A stretch of DNA of 64,000 nucleotides from an uncultured Thermoplasmatales archaeon (lineage in GTDB: Archaea; Thermoplasmatota; Thermoplasmata; Thermoplasmatales; GCA-001856825), in NCBI GenBank assembly GCA_964541025.1, contig CAZIOW010000001.1, forward strand, positions 1,242-65,241, in the 5' to 3' direction. This document shows, piece by piece, positions 27,234 to 37,834 of this stretch; the first letter of the stretch is position 1, and each line of letters starts with the position of its first letter. The notes below the pieces were generated by a model. The model was not told the DNA's origin. It made no database searches and saw nothing but the letters and a program-made list of their open reading frames with translations. Both the position numbers and the translations under genes were made by a program.

Positions 27234-28463
27234 TCACCACCTCAGAAGCTGCACTCTGACAATATCCCCTTCCTGATAACCCTCAGTGTTCTCATCTATT
27301 TCCAGGATACCATCAGCATCTATGATGGAATAAATAACTCCGGAACCTGTGACTCTTACAGGAATGACTGTTGGCGGATCATGACTCATATCAATTTTAA
27401 CCCTAACAAAGCTTCTGAATCCCAGCGTGTTGACAATGGATCTATAAAGTTTTCCTTCCAGGTAATTTTTTCTTGTCATTTGAATTCCCGTCCAATGGGA
27501 AACTGTGGGCAACAAAATATTTTCAGCAGCTATAAGAGCAGCAACCGGAAGTCCTGAAAAAACGAATATTGGTTTTCCTCTGTAAATATAGAGTCCAGTT
27601 GTTCTTGCGGGTCTTATTCTGATCCCATGGAAAATTTTTATTGCATTTTTTTCAAGAAAATATGTGAGAATGTCTCTGTCACTAGGACCTGTCCCGCCTG
27701 TTAAAATGAGAATGTCATCACTTTCTTGTTCAATTCTTTTCTTGATATCATACTCATCGTCTCCAACAGTTCCAAGACATTCAGCTTCCAGACCATTCCA
27801 TTCAAGATATTTTTTCAGGAAAGGCTGTGTGGAATTAACCACTTTTCCGCTTACAATTTCATCTCCCGTTGAAATAATTCCTATTCTGAAGTCATAAATA
27901 TCAATCTCCTTCATTCCAACTTCAAGAAAAGCAACAAGATGCGGTGGAGTTATCCTCTCCCCCTTTTTTATCAGAGAATATCCACTTTCAATATCTTCAC
28001 CTTTCCTGCTAACATTTTGATATTTTCTAACGGGTACGAATACTTTCACTTCATCTGACATCATTTCTGTATCTTCCATCATGACAACAGAGTCAGTACC
28101 TTCAGGCATTTTTCCGCCTGTGTATATCTTAACTGCCTCCCCCTCTCTAACAATTCCATCAAAATCCCTGTCAGGTGAGGAATCTCCTACTATCCTAAAG
28201 TATGCGGGGTTGGTTTTGGATGATGATATGGTACTTTTTGATGATAATGCATAACCATCGACTGCACTTCTTGAATATTTTGGGAAATCATCCGGCGAAA
28301 GAATTTCGTTGTAGGAGAAGAAACCAACAGAATCCTTAACAGGTATCGATTTCTTCTTTGGGATAAAGGAAAATTTCTGGGCGTTGGTTAGAGCCTCTGA
28401 CAATGAAGAATAACTTTTGAATTCCATGAGCAATGATAACAAATTAGGTTTAAAATTATTCAT
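27234..28463 (-). CDS. moeA: molybdopterin molybdotransferase MoeA (second paralog)
   Basis: SRSAVDGYAL, LTGGTGPSDRD and IRPARTTG motifs. Lies 1 nt from the upstream moeA paralog. Confidence 0.85.
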   Translation of the reverse strand: MNNFKPNLLSLLMEFKSYSSLSEALTNAQKFSFIPKKKSIPVKDSVGFFSYNEILSPDDFPKYSRSAVDGYALSSKSTISSSKTNPAYFRIVGDSSPDRDFDGIVREGEAVKIYTGGKMPEGTDSVVMMEDTEMMSDEVKVFVPVRKYQNVSRKGEDIESGYSLIKKGERITPPHLVAFLEVGMKEIDIYDFRIGIISTGDEIVSGKVVNSTQPFLKKYLEWNGLEAECLGTVGDDEYDIKKRIEQESDDILILTGGTGPSDRDILTYFLEKNAIKIFHGIRIRPARTTGLYIYRGKPIFVFSGLPVAALIAAENILLPTVSHWTGIQMTRKNYLEGKLYRSIVNTLGFRSFVRVKIDMSHDPPTVIPVRVTGSGVIYSIIDADGILEIDENTEGYQEGDIVRVQLLRW

Positions 28464-28509
28464 TCCCCGAAGCTAAAAATCAGTTCAATGATCCTTGAAA
28501 TTAGAAATA

Positions 28510-29400
28510 TCAATAAGGGATCTCTTCAAGAGCTTCATCGAGAATTATTCTCCTTCCGCTCACTTTTCCGTGAAATCTTATGAAAACGTAGTTTCCATCA
28601 ATATTTACTTTTAACAGCTGGAAACCATCGTTTGAGAAAACTTGGTAATCATATCCTTTGTATTCGTCGAATTTTATTCTTTCTTCTGATATTCTGTAAT
28701 ACTTACCATTATGATTTATTATTCTGGTGTAATCAAGAAGGGAAAGAGTCCTGTAATGTACAATTTCATCAAGGGAATGCGTGAACTCTACAATTTTTCC
28801 CTCATCCAGAGTGACAAGAGTTGAGAAACCAAGGTCAAGATCTCTTGGATTATGTGTTACGTATATGTATTCAAATCCATACTTTCTTGAAAGGTCATCG
28901 ATAAGAGATAATGAATTAAGCCTGGAAATTTCATCCTGCATTGAAAAAGGCTCATCCATCAGGATCAGTGAGGGCAACGAAACTAAAGCTCTTGCAACTG
29001 CCACCCTCTGTGCCTCCCCCTGAGAAAGTTCCCACGTTCTCCTTTTAAGCAGTTCTCTTATTCCCAGGGAATCAATCACTTCTTCAGCTATATCCTCATT
29101 TCCTCTACCATACCTTATTGATACTGTGACATTTTTCATTACGTTCATATTCGGAAAAAGATCAAGCTCCTGTGGTATAAGAGCAATGTTCCTCATCTCA
29201 GGCGGAAGTTTTGTGATATCTTCCCCGTTCTTGAGAATAGTTCCATCATGTAACTGCAAGCCAGCTATGCATAGTAAAAGTGTGCTCTTTCCGGAACCAT
29301 TTCTCCCGAAGATGAATGAATTCCTCCCGGTTATTTCAAGGTATGGAATGGATAGTGTAAAATTTCCCCTCTTTGCCCTCATACCCTCAATTCTAAGCAT
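28510..29400 (-). CDS. wtpC: ABC transporter ATP-binding protein (molybdate/tungstate type)
   Basis: Walker A GRNGSGKST, signature LSQGEAQR, Walker B LILMDEP. The Mo/W assignment rests on context. Confidence 0.75.
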   Translation of the reverse strand: MLRIEGMRAKRGNFTLSIPYLEITGRNSFIFGRNGSGKSTLLLCIAGLQLHDGTILKNGEDITKLPPEMRNIALIPQELDLFPNMNVMKNVTVSIRYGRGNEDIAEEVIDSLGIRELLKRRTWELSQGEAQRVAVARALVSLPSLILMDEPFSMQDEISRLNSLSLIDDLSRKYGFEYIYVTHNPRDLDLGFSTLVTLDEGKIVEFTHSLDEIVHYRTLSLLDYTRIINHNGKYYRISEERIKFDEYKGYDYQVFSNDGFQLLKVNIDGNYVFIRFHGKVSGRRIILDEALEEIPY

Positions 29401-30190
29401 ATTCTCCCCTCTCTAGAATTTTCATTACTAGAAGAATTATCACTCCGGTAAGTATCAGGATTGAGCTCGAAGCGACTGCAAGAGGCAAACCAGTTCCTAT
29501 GAACTGCGAGTATATGAAAACGCCGGCAAGATGGATGAAACCAGGAAATATGTAGTATGCCACTATTAGAATTGATCCGACTTCTGATATGCTCCTTGCC
29601 CAGCTGAGGATCATCCCTCTGACAACCGCTTTTTTCATAAGGGGAAGTGAAATTGAAAAATAGCTTTGCCAGGGCTTCATACCAAGTGTCCTTCCCACTG
29701 CTTCAAATTTCATGGTATCTCTCATGTAGCTGACCTGAATTGTTCTTATGGTATAGGTTGAGGAGAGAAAGAATAATGTTACAATCACGGCAAAAAAAGT
29801 ATCATCGAATACATAATTTGGATATAACTCTGAAATAAGGTGGCCAAGGGGCATAGTAGGCTCAAATGTGATGAGCATCATTATGCCGACTACCGTGTGG
29901 GGTATCATTATTGGAAGTTCAATCAGGCTGTCCAGTGCCTTGGCTGTTCTGCTTGTGTTTCTTGATATGAAATATACATATGGAATAGCAAATCCCGCAG
30001 ATAAAAGTGCAACTACAAATGCCAGGCCATATGTGTAGTAAAGGCTGGTCCATATCCCTGTTGAAGAATCTTCAATAATGTAAGAAAAACTTTGGAAAGT
30101 TATTACCCTTACGATGGGAATAAGCAAAAATATAATGTAGACTAGGAAAAAAGGAAGAAAAAGATAATAGAGATATTCGCGTCTCTTCAT
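29393..30190 (-). CDS. wtpB: ABC transporter permease (molybdate/tungstate type)
   Basis: 265 aa, 5-6 TM segments. Overlaps both neighbours (8 nt and 4 nt). Confidence 0.7.
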   Translation of the reverse strand: MKRREYLYYLFLPFFLVYIIFLLIPIVRVITFQSFSYIIEDSSTGIWTSLYYTYGLAFVVALLSAGFAIPYVYFISRNTSRTAKALDSLIELPIMIPHTVVGIMMLITFEPTMPLGHLISELYPNYVFDDTFFAVIVTLFFLSSTYTIRTIQVSYMRDTMKFEAVGRTLGMKPWQSYFSISLPLMKKAVVRGMILSWARSISEVGSILIVAYYIFPGFIHLAGVFIYSQFIGTGLPLAVASSSILILTGVIILLVMKILERGEYA

Positions 30191-31380
30191 ATCTCCTCAT
30201 ACGAGGATGTTGGAATATATGATGGGACTGGTATTGTTATTCCTGAAAGGAATGAAGGTCCCTGCCCATACAGATAAGGTGTTGAAATTGGATCAAATTC
30301 GCTGCTAGAAAGGTAACTCTGACCCAGTGATGTTATTAGATAATATATGAACTGGCTAGCTTCTTGCTGGTTCTTTGTATTGACAAGAATCGTGGCAGAA
30401 TAAAGTATCGGTCCTCCTGGGAAATTTCCTATATTATCGACTGAAGGGCCAGAAGAATTGACCTCTGTGTAGAATTCCACCATCGATCTGTTTACGCTTC
30501 CAAGATTTATCCAGTCTGGAAGCCCATTCCCACCAAGAGAGTTCTTGTAATAATTCAGGCCCTGATTGATTGCCTGAGACTTGTATGTTAGCGCATAATC
30601 GGCAGCACCTGACTGAAGATACCCGTCTAGTCCTATTTCCACTGTAGTCAGCTTTAGATCTCCTACCTTCAGTTTATACTGGAATAGCTGATTATAGAGA
30701 GCCAGGGAATCGTTAACTGGGTAGTTCCCTCCATAGTTGTCCTTTGCCAGCTGTCCGTTAGGACCGAACCACTGGTTCCATGCCTTATTGTAAACCATGA
30801 ACTTTGAGAAATTATTGTTGAATGCATCCCTGACGAATGGATTTGACCAGTTTGTATAGAGAATGCCTGCTAGTTTTACCATCTCTATAGCCTGGAATCC
30901 GCTTGGATCTAGCGAAGCATTTGAGGCTGCCACTATTATGTGTGGTGCACTAATATTTTCAAACCAGAACTGATTGGAAGGTATATTGTAACTTTTGTTT
31001 GTCCATGTTACTGCCATTTCATTTGAGGAGAAGATTACCATCCATTTAGTATAATTTGGCATTAGTATCTGCGGTATTACTCCTGCGGCTGCTGAGATGA
31101 ATATATCATAAGGAGTTCCTGCCGTTACCTCCCTTGCTCCTCCCACTGAACCTGAGAAAGTCATTCCCACCTGAATTCCTGTAAGATTTTCAAAGGTCGG
31201 TTTGAAATTATTTCCAAGGGCATATTTCAGGGAACCTGCTGCGAAGACTGAAAGGGGAGTTGCAGCCTTTGAAGTTTGATGGTTCTGAGTTCCAGCGATT
31301 ATGTATCCTCCTGCAAACCCAATAATCAGGAAAACTATCACCAAAATTACTATTGGCACTATAGATCTTCCTTCCGCCAT
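30187..31380 (-). CDS. wtpA: membrane-anchored substrate-binding protein, WtpA/ModA-like oxyanion binding
   Basis: N-terminal TM anchor. VFAAGSLKYALGNNFKPTFE...SGSVGGAREV...YDIFISAAA resembles WtpA (FHAGSL...GS...D-x-SAD). Many N-x-S/T sequons. Confidence 0.65.
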   Translation of the reverse strand: MAEGRSIVPIVILVIVFLIIGFAGGYIIAGTQNHQTSKAATPLSVFAAGSLKYALGNNFKPTFENLTGIQVGMTFSGSVGGAREVTAGTPYDIFISAAAGVIPQILMPNYTKWMVIFSSNEMAVTWTNKSYNIPSNQFWFENISAPHIIVAASNASLDPSGFQAIEMVKLAGILYTNWSNPFVRDAFNNNFSKFMVYNKAWNQWFGPNGQLAKDNYGGNYPVNDSLALYNQLFQYKLKVGDLKLTTVEIGLDGYLQSGAADYALTYKSQAINQGLNYYKNSLGGNGLPDWINLGSVNRSMVEFYTEVNSSGPSVDNIGNFPGGPILYSATILVNTKNQQEASQFIYYLITSLGQSYLSSSEFDPISTPYLYGQGPSFLSGITIPVPSYIPTSSYEEI

Positions 31381-31430
31381 AACATAGAATATAATAATTA
31401 GAGAAAAAAATTTCCATAAAAATAAAAGGA

Positions 31431-32354
31431 TTATTGATTTCCAATTGTTTTGAGGAGGATTATCTTCTCTGCATGAAGTCTGTTTTCCGCCTCATCAAAA
31501 ATTACGCTGTTCCTTGAATCCGCAACCTCATCAGTCACCTCAAGCCCTCTGTGAGCTGGGAGGCAGTGCATGAAAATGTAATCCTTCTTGGCGTGAGAGA
31601 CAAGCTTCCCATTGATCTGGAATGCCTTGAATTTCTTCTCCTTTTCTTCTCCCTCTTTCTCCTGCCCCATTGAAACCCATACATCTGTGTAGATTACGTC
31701 AGCGTCTTTAGCTGCCTCTACAGGGTCATTGGTAACAGTTATCGTACACTTGTTCTTCTTCGCAATGCTCTTCGCTTTATTGACAAAATCATCCATTGGC
31801 TCAAATCCCTTTGGTGTTGCAACATAGAAATCAATTCCCAGTAAAGCTGCGCTGAGCATGAGGGAGTTGCAAGTATTGTTCCCATCACCTATATAACTCA
31901 TCTTCAGTCCCCTGAATTTTCCTTTGTGTTCGAGCACTGTCATGAAATCAGCGACCATTTGCGTGGGATGTTCAAGATCATCCAGTCCATTGATAACTGA
32001 CACGGTGGAATATTTGGCAAGTTCCTTTACGTTCTTGTTGTCAAAGGCCCTGTAAAGAATTCCATCAACCATCCTTGACAGAACTCTAGCCGTATCCGCT
32101 ACAGTTTCACCTCTACCCATCTGCATATCTCTTGGCGACAGGTAGATTGCGTGACCTCCCAGCTGGGTCATGGCCGTTTCAAAACTCACTCTCGTTCTTG
32201 TAGAAGGTTTCTCGAATATCATTGCAAGCGTTTTCCCAGTCAGGGTATTGTTAATTTCGCCTTTCTTGAATCTCCTTTTGAGCTCTATGCCTTCTCTTAC
32301 AAAGTCTTCAAAATCTTTTTCCATGTCTAGTACGGATACTATGTCCCTCTTCAT
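31431..32354 (-). CDS. argF: ornithine carbamoyltransferase
   Basis: STRTRVSFE, HPTQ, DVWVSMGQE and HCLPAHRG motifs. Confidence 0.9.
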   Translation of the reverse strand: MKRDIVSVLDMEKDFEDFVREGIELKRRFKKGEINNTLTGKTLAMIFEKPSTRTRVSFETAMTQLGGHAIYLSPRDMQMGRGETVADTARVLSRMVDGILYRAFDNKNVKELAKYSTVSVINGLDDLEHPTQMVADFMTVLEHKGKFRGLKMSYIGDGNNTCNSLMLSAALLGIDFYVATPKGFEPMDDFVNKAKSIAKKNKCTITVTNDPVEAAKDADVIYTDVWVSMGQEKEGEEKEKKFKAFQINGKLVSHAKKDYIFMHCLPAHRGLEVTDEVADSRNSVIFDEAENRLHAEKIILLKTIGNQ

Positions 32355-33217
32355 TTCAACACCTCTTTTAACAATGTTGGAACCTCATACGGATATGCTG
32401 CTACCTTTACACCTGCGCCTTCGAGGGCGGCTATCTTAGACTCTGCGGTACCTTTTCCTCTTGTGATTATTGCTCCAGCATGACCCATCCTCTTTCCCTT
32501 GGGAGCGCTTCTTCCTGTTATGTAACTCACGACTGGTTTGTTGAATTTTTCCTTTATGAATTCAGCTGCTTCTTCTTCAGCAGTTCCTCCAATCTCTCCA
32601 ACAAGTACCACAGCTTCAGTTTCAGCATCATTTTTGAATTTCTCAAGAACGTCAATGTAATTCAGGCCAGTTACCGGGTCTCCTCCAAGTCCTATGACAG
32701 TGCTTTCACCGAATCCAGCCCTTGTAACCTGATCTACTATTTCGTATGTCAAAGTTCCGCTTCTTGAAATAACACCAACATTTCCCTTCCTGAAAATCTG
32801 ATTTGGCATTATTCCAAGCTTGCTCTTGAAAGGCGAGGTTATTCCAGGTCCGTTTGGGCCTACGACTGTCTTCCCGTATTTCTTCGCCATATTGACTATT
32901 TTCATTGTATCCTGGTATGGGACTTTTTCAGTAAGAATGTAAATTATGTCAATTCCATTGTAAAGTGCTTCCTTGGCGGCATCAAGAACATATGGGGCTG
33001 GTACTGAGATGAAGGTGGCGTTTGGCTCCTGGGACATGGCATCTGAAAGTGTGTTGAATACCTTCACTCCATGTACTTCAGTTCCTGCCTTTCCTGGAGT
33101 GACTCCTGCAACAACTTTTGAACCGAATTTGATCATCTGTAGTGTATTGAATGAACCCTGATGACCTGTTATCCCCTGAACTACTATTCTTGTATTCTCA
33201 TCAACAAATATACTCAT
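32351..33217 (-). CDS. sucD: succinyl-CoA synthetase alpha subunit
   Basis: VQGITGHQG, SRSGTLTYE, and MGHAGAII with the catalytic His. Confidence 0.92.
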   Translation of the reverse strand: MSIFVDENTRIVVQGITGHQGSFNTLQMIKFGSKVVAGVTPGKAGTEVHGVKVFNTLSDAMSQEPNATFISVPAPYVLDAAKEALYNGIDIIYILTEKVPYQDTMKIVNMAKKYGKTVVGPNGPGITSPFKSKLGIMPNQIFRKGNVGVISRSGTLTYEIVDQVTRAGFGESTVIGLGGDPVTGLNYIDVLEKFKNDAETEAVVLVGEIGGTAEEEAAEFIKEKFNKPVVSYITGRSAPKGKRMGHAGAIITRGKGTAESKIAALEGAGVKVAAYPYEVPTLLKEVLK

Positions 33218-34320
33218 TGTTTATTCACCTCCCTGACAATTTCATTTATAGCCTCCATCATATCTCCATAGGAATGGATCCCATTATCAGATAATATTTT
33301 CCTACCCTCATCTTCATTTACACCTGATAGTCTAACGACTATTGGAACATCTATCCCAACTCTCTTCTTCGCTTCAATTATTCCATTGGCTACCGTATCA
33401 CAGTGTGTAACCCCGCCAAATATGTTTATGAGGATACCCTTTGGCTTCGCAATCTTGAGTATTTCGAAGGCACCTACAACTTTCTCAACATCATCGCTTC
33501 CTCCAAGGTCAAGGAAATTCCTAGGTTTTCCACCTTTAAGGGTTAGGCCGTCGAGCGTTGCCATTGTCAAACCTGCACCATTTGCAATGACTCCAATGTT
33601 ACCCTCAAGTTCAACAAGACTGTAACCCCTTTTATATGCTATTTCCTCAAGCTCAGTTCTTTCAGCAGCATTTTCTGGTATATCCTTGTGTCTGAAAAGA
33701 GAATCAGAATCAATTATTATTTTGGCATCCCCTGCAATTATTGTACCATCCTTGGTTACAACCAGGGGATTGATCTCAACAAGTTCTGCATCATAATCGT
33801 TATAGAGGGATGCCATGCCTGCAAGAATTGCCTGGAATTGTTTAGCTTCAGTGTCCGGAAGCTTAAGCCTGAAGCTGATATCCTTACCTATGAAATTGGA
33901 ATACCCGATAACTGGGTCAATCCAATATTTTACAATCTTATCATCTGGAACATCCTCTATCTCCACGCCCCCAGAAGTTGTTGCCATAATTATTGGCCTT
34001 CTCCTGCTTCTGTCAAGAGTTATTGAAACATAATATTCCTTTGATATGTCCAGCTTCTCTTCTAGATACACGCTATTAACCTTCAATCCTTTGATTGTCA
34101 TTGACATTATTTCTTTTGTCTTATCGAGAAGTTCTTTCTGGTCATTTGCAAATTTTATTCCTCCTGCCTTTCCTCTCCCACCAACAAGAACCTGTGCTTT
34201 AACCACAACAGGGAACTTATCCCATTGTAGATTTGAAGTAGATTCTATATGTTTACCAGCTGGGACTGGTATGCCGTATTTTTTAAAAAGCTCTTTGGCT
34301 TGATACTCATATAGATTCAT
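33214..34320 (-). CDS. sucC: succinyl-CoA synthetase beta subunit
   Basis: MNLYEYQAKELFKKYGIPVP N-terminus and an ATP-grasp region. The track start 34329 is TTG. ATG 34320 has GAGGT 8 nt upstream. Confidence 0.92.
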   Translation of the reverse strand: MNLYEYQAKELFKKYGIPVPAGKHIESTSNLQWDKFPVVVKAQVLVGGRGKAGGIKFANDQKELLDKTKEIMSMTIKGLKVNSVYLEEKLDISKEYYVSITLDRSRRRPIIMATTSGGVEIEDVPDDKIVKYWIDPVIGYSNFIGKDISFRLKLPDTEAKQFQAILAGMASLYNDYDAELVEINPLVVTKDGTIIAGDAKIIIDSDSLFRHKDIPENAAERTELEEIAYKRGYSLVELEGNIGVIANGAGLTMATLDGLTLKGGKPRNFLDLGGSDDVEKVVGAFEILKIAKPKGILINIFGGVTHCDTVANGIIEAKKRVGIDVPIVVRLSGVNEDEGRKILSDNGIHSYGDMMEAINEIVREVNKQ

Positions 34321-34357
34321 TTCTATCAACCTCGTATACAGGATTCTTATAAATTCA

Positions 34358-36706
34358 TTATGATTGCGAATTCCTGATTAACCTCTCATATATATCGAGG
34401 TATTCTTTCCCATTTTTTATTGCTCTCTCCGCCTCCGCTATCTTAATGTTGGAGATGAAGTATTCGACTCTTTCCCTGTTCCCAATGCCCCCCAAAGATA
34501 TGAGGTCTTCAATAAAGAATGAAATGCTACCACTTCCCTTGTATATGTCGTAAACTGCCTCATAATTTTTTATTGTCCAGTCCCATAACACTTTTCTCAA
34601 AGCTGGATTCCTTGTTGCAAACATAAGGGAATATAGCAGATTGCCCCTCAGTTCAGGTCTATCCTTGGCTGAATCAATAAATTTTAAAAATAAATCGGGA
34701 TCATGGGTCATCGTGATGGAAATCATCCTTCTGACCTGTTCCATATCATTCTCCGGATCATAAATTTCATCAATCATTTTTTCAACATTGAACCCTTCAA
34801 TGGATGCAGCAATAAGTATCCCCGTCCTTTCCTCTGCTGGTATGTTCTTATACTCCAAATATTTCCTGTAGATATTCTTCCTGAACTTCTCATCTATTAT
34901 AGGGAGTATGGTGTATATTTTCTCGATTATAACAGATGAATTCTCATCATTGGATTCTTTGAAGAATTCAAGTTTTTGTAGCATGTATCTCCTTGCAAAA
35001 TCCTTAACTTTTATGCTATCCAGTACAAAAATTAGTCTCTGCAAGAGATCGATAATTATATTTACCAAAAGATAATCGTTATCCTCTTTCATATAGTTTA
35101 AGAGATCGATGAAATCCTCTATCTTAATTTTTGAAGCCATCAGGAAAGAAAAGGAATCATCAATAACTCTCGTTTTGAATTCCTGCGTGCTTTCCCGGGA
35201 GAATAGATTTTTAAGAGTTCCAGGAGGGTATAAAACTCTGTAATAGCCTATACCGCTTGGGTTAAGAATCAATTTGGCGTCTTCAGGAAGGAACATCTCT
35301 TTAGACTCCATGAGAATACCTTTTTCCGCTGAATCTCCAAGATAGAATACTGGTATGGACCATAAGAATTCATCCTCGTTATCTAGATAGGAGAACCTGT
35401 GCTGAATTAATTTAATACGCCCATTCACTTCCTTCAATTCAAGGTAAGGGTGGCCTTCCTTCTCAAGCCACGTTTTCATTACCTTGTCAATATTTACTCC
35501 CCCTGATTTTGAAAGTGAATCCCAAAGATCTTCCCCCCGCGCGTTTCCATATGAATGTTCCCTGAGATAATTTATGACACCGGTCCTGAATTTCTCCTCT
35601 CCTATGAAATGCTCTATCATTCTGAGAACCGATGCTCCCTTTCCATAACTGATTGAATCAAATATCTCTGCTATTTCAGCTGGATCCTTCACCGGCACCC
35701 TTATTGGATGCGTATTCAAGAGGCTGTCCTTTTTCATTGATGGAAGGGTACTTTCAACCAGGAATTCTTCCCAGAGGTGCCAGTTACTTTCAATACTGTT
35801 TAAGATCTTGTTTCCAACAAATGTGGCAAAGCTCTCATTGAGCCAGAGATCATCCCACCACTCCATCGTCACAAGATTCCCAAACCACTGATGTGCCATC
35901 TCGTGCGAAAGGGTTTTACCTATCTCCTTTCTGAAGGAGAAACTGACAGAATCATTAAGCAATATAGCAATTTCCCTGAAAGTAATTGCTCCCCAGTTCT
36001 CCATAGCTCCTGCACCAAACTGAGGTATTGCTATTAAATCCATCTTTTCCAGGGGATATTTGATTTCATAATATTCCTCATATTTGTCTATTATTTTTTT
36101 CAACAGATCAAGGGCATATTTCCCCTGTTCTGATTTTCCAGGGGTTGTGATAACTGAAAGTTCCCTGCCATTGTACTTCTCCTTAATCCTTTCAAATTTT
36201 CCTATGCCGATATAAATTAGATACGTAGACATTTTAGGTGTTTCCTTGAATGAGAAGAATGAATGCCCCTTATTTCTCTCCGCGGATTCCGGAAGAGTAT
36301 TTGAAATAACTTCTAGATCGTCATTTACCTCCACCTCAAATTTGAATGAAGCCTTGGCAGAAGGCTTATCTGCGCAAGGGAAAACAGATCTTGCACCATT
36401 TGGTTCCATCTGCGTTGTTATTATGTAACCCCCATCATATGTACTCTTATGTATACCCATCAGTGACTTTTCAGATATCTTGCCATTGAATTTTATATCT
36501 ATTTCCATTGATGAATCTTTTTCAATTATTATTTCATTTCCATTTATGTGGGGTTTATTATCAACAAACCCAGAGATATCAATGATTTCGAGTCCTTCAA
36601 AATTCAGAATTTCTCCTTTGCTGAAATCTCCAATTATTGTTTCATTGCCAGTGTATGTAAGATTTTTAAAATCGACATTTATTCTCACAATGTATTTTTC
36701 TATCAT
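34358..36706 (-). CDS. M1-family zinc aminopeptidase (tricorn-interacting-factor F2/F3-like)
   Basis: GAMEN motif (GAGAMENWG) and HEMAHQWFGNLVTMEWWDDLWLNESFA (HExxH-x18-E). Confidence 0.9.
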   Translation of the reverse strand: MIEKYIVRINVDFKNLTYTGNETIIGDFSKGEILNFEGLEIIDISGFVDNKPHINGNEIIIEKDSSMEIDIKFNGKISEKSLMGIHKSTYDGGYIITTQMEPNGARSVFPCADKPSAKASFKFEVEVNDDLEVISNTLPESAERNKGHSFFSFKETPKMSTYLIYIGIGKFERIKEKYNGRELSVITTPGKSEQGKYALDLLKKIIDKYEEYYEIKYPLEKMDLIAIPQFGAGAMENWGAITFREIAILLNDSVSFSFRKEIGKTLSHEMAHQWFGNLVTMEWWDDLWLNESFATFVGNKILNSIESNWHLWEEFLVESTLPSMKKDSLLNTHPIRVPVKDPAEIAEIFDSISYGKGASVLRMIEHFIGEEKFRTGVINYLREHSYGNARGEDLWDSLSKSGGVNIDKVMKTWLEKEGHPYLELKEVNGRIKLIQHRFSYLDNEDEFLWSIPVFYLGDSAEKGILMESKEMFLPEDAKLILNPSGIGYYRVLYPPGTLKNLFSRESTQEFKTRVIDDSFSFLMASKIKIEDFIDLLNYMKEDNDYLLVNIIIDLLQRLIFVLDSIKVKDFARRYMLQKLEFFKESNDENSSVIIEKIYTILPIIDEKFRKNIYRKYLEYKNIPAEERTGILIAASIEGFNVEKMIDEIYDPENDMEQVRRMISITMTHDPDLFLKFIDSAKDRPELRGNLLYSLMFATRNPALRKVLWDWTIKNYEAVYDIYKGSGSISFFIEDLISLGGIGNRERVEYFISNIKIAEAERAIKNGKEYLDIYERLIRNSQS

Positions 36707-36834
36707 TTTATCAAAACAATAATCAATTCTTAATATTTACAGATTTGTTTATTTACCTGTTAATCAAACTTATCCGAAGAATAACTGAATATTTAAAACA
36801 ATAGATTTTTAAGCTAAATAAATTTATCAAATTC

Positions 36835-37824
36835 ATGAACTATAAATCGTTTGGTAGAACTGGAATTAAGGTGTCTGAATTGATTTTTGGAACATGGTAC
36901 CTCCCCAATAATATCAGAGATGGTAAAAGATATGTTAACAAGGAGGAATCTATAAGGATAATCAAAAAGGCGTACGATCTCGGAATAAATTTCTTTGATA
37001 CAGCTGATGTATATAGAGGTGTTTATGATAGGGATTCGGCATCAATCAGTTTTGAAAATATAGGGCTATCGGAGAAAATATTAGGGGAGGCACTCAAGGG
37101 ATACGACAGGGAAAGCTTCGTTGTATCAACAAAGGTCATGGGAAGAACAGGCCCACTGCAGAATGATATGGGTATTAACAGGAAGCACATCAATTACGCA
37201 ATAAAAAGAAGTCTCGAGAGGCTTCAGATGGATTACGTGGATTTCTACATTCTTCACGCACCCGATAACGTTACAGGGGTAGAAGAGGCAGCCAGAAGCA
37301 TGAACAGGCTGATAGACCAGGGGGTGATCTATCACTATGGTCTTTCCAATTTCAGCTCCCATGAATTCATGAAATTCATAAATCTTGATTATTTAGAATC
37401 CCCTAAATTCATCCAGGATAAATTTAATTTGGTAGAGAGGGAGCAGGAGGATAGGAATGTAAAGGTTGCCGAGGAAAACAGTCTTGCATCAATGATATAC
37501 AGCCCACTTGCACAGGGAATCCTCGCTGGACGTTATTTTTCAACTGATACAGGAGATTCAAGGGCCAATTATGAAAAATTTTTCAAAGGCAATGACCTGC
37601 TGAATAGGAACATCAAGGCACTTGAAGAATTTAGGAATATGAGTATAAACAAGGGAGTGAGCATGGCCCAGCTTTCATTGGCTTGGTTAATGAATAAAGG
37701 TAAATTCATATTCCCTATAATAGGAGCTACAAAGGTGGATCAGCTAGAGGACAATGTAAAGTCAACTGATATTAAAATATCGAGGGATGAAATGGAAACA
37801 ATTGAAAAAATTTTCAAAAAATAA
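36835..37824 (+). CDS. aldo/keto reductase
   Basis: GTWYL, FFDTADVY, ILHAPD and IIGATKVDQLEDN motifs. Confidence 0.88.
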   Translation: MNYKSFGRTGIKVSELIFGTWYLPNNIRDGKRYVNKEESIRIIKKAYDLGINFFDTADVYRGVYDRDSASISFENIGLSEKILGEALKGYDRESFVVSTKVMGRTGPLQNDMGINRKHINYAIKRSLERLQMDYVDFYILHAPDNVTGVEEAARSMNRLIDQGVIYHYGLSNFSSHEFMKFINLDYLESPKFIQDKFNLVEREQEDRNVKVAEENSLASMIYSPLAQGILAGRYFSTDTGDSRANYEKFFKGNDLLNRNIKALEEFRNMSINKGVSMAQLSLAWLMNKGKFIFPIIGATKVDQLEDNVKSTDIKISRDEMETIEKIFKK

Positions 37825-37834
37825 AAAAATTATT

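Noticed and set aside
31208-31444. 78-aa minus-strand ORF bridging the wtpA start and the argF end
   Set aside because: It is an alternative frame across two well-supported genes, with no independent support.
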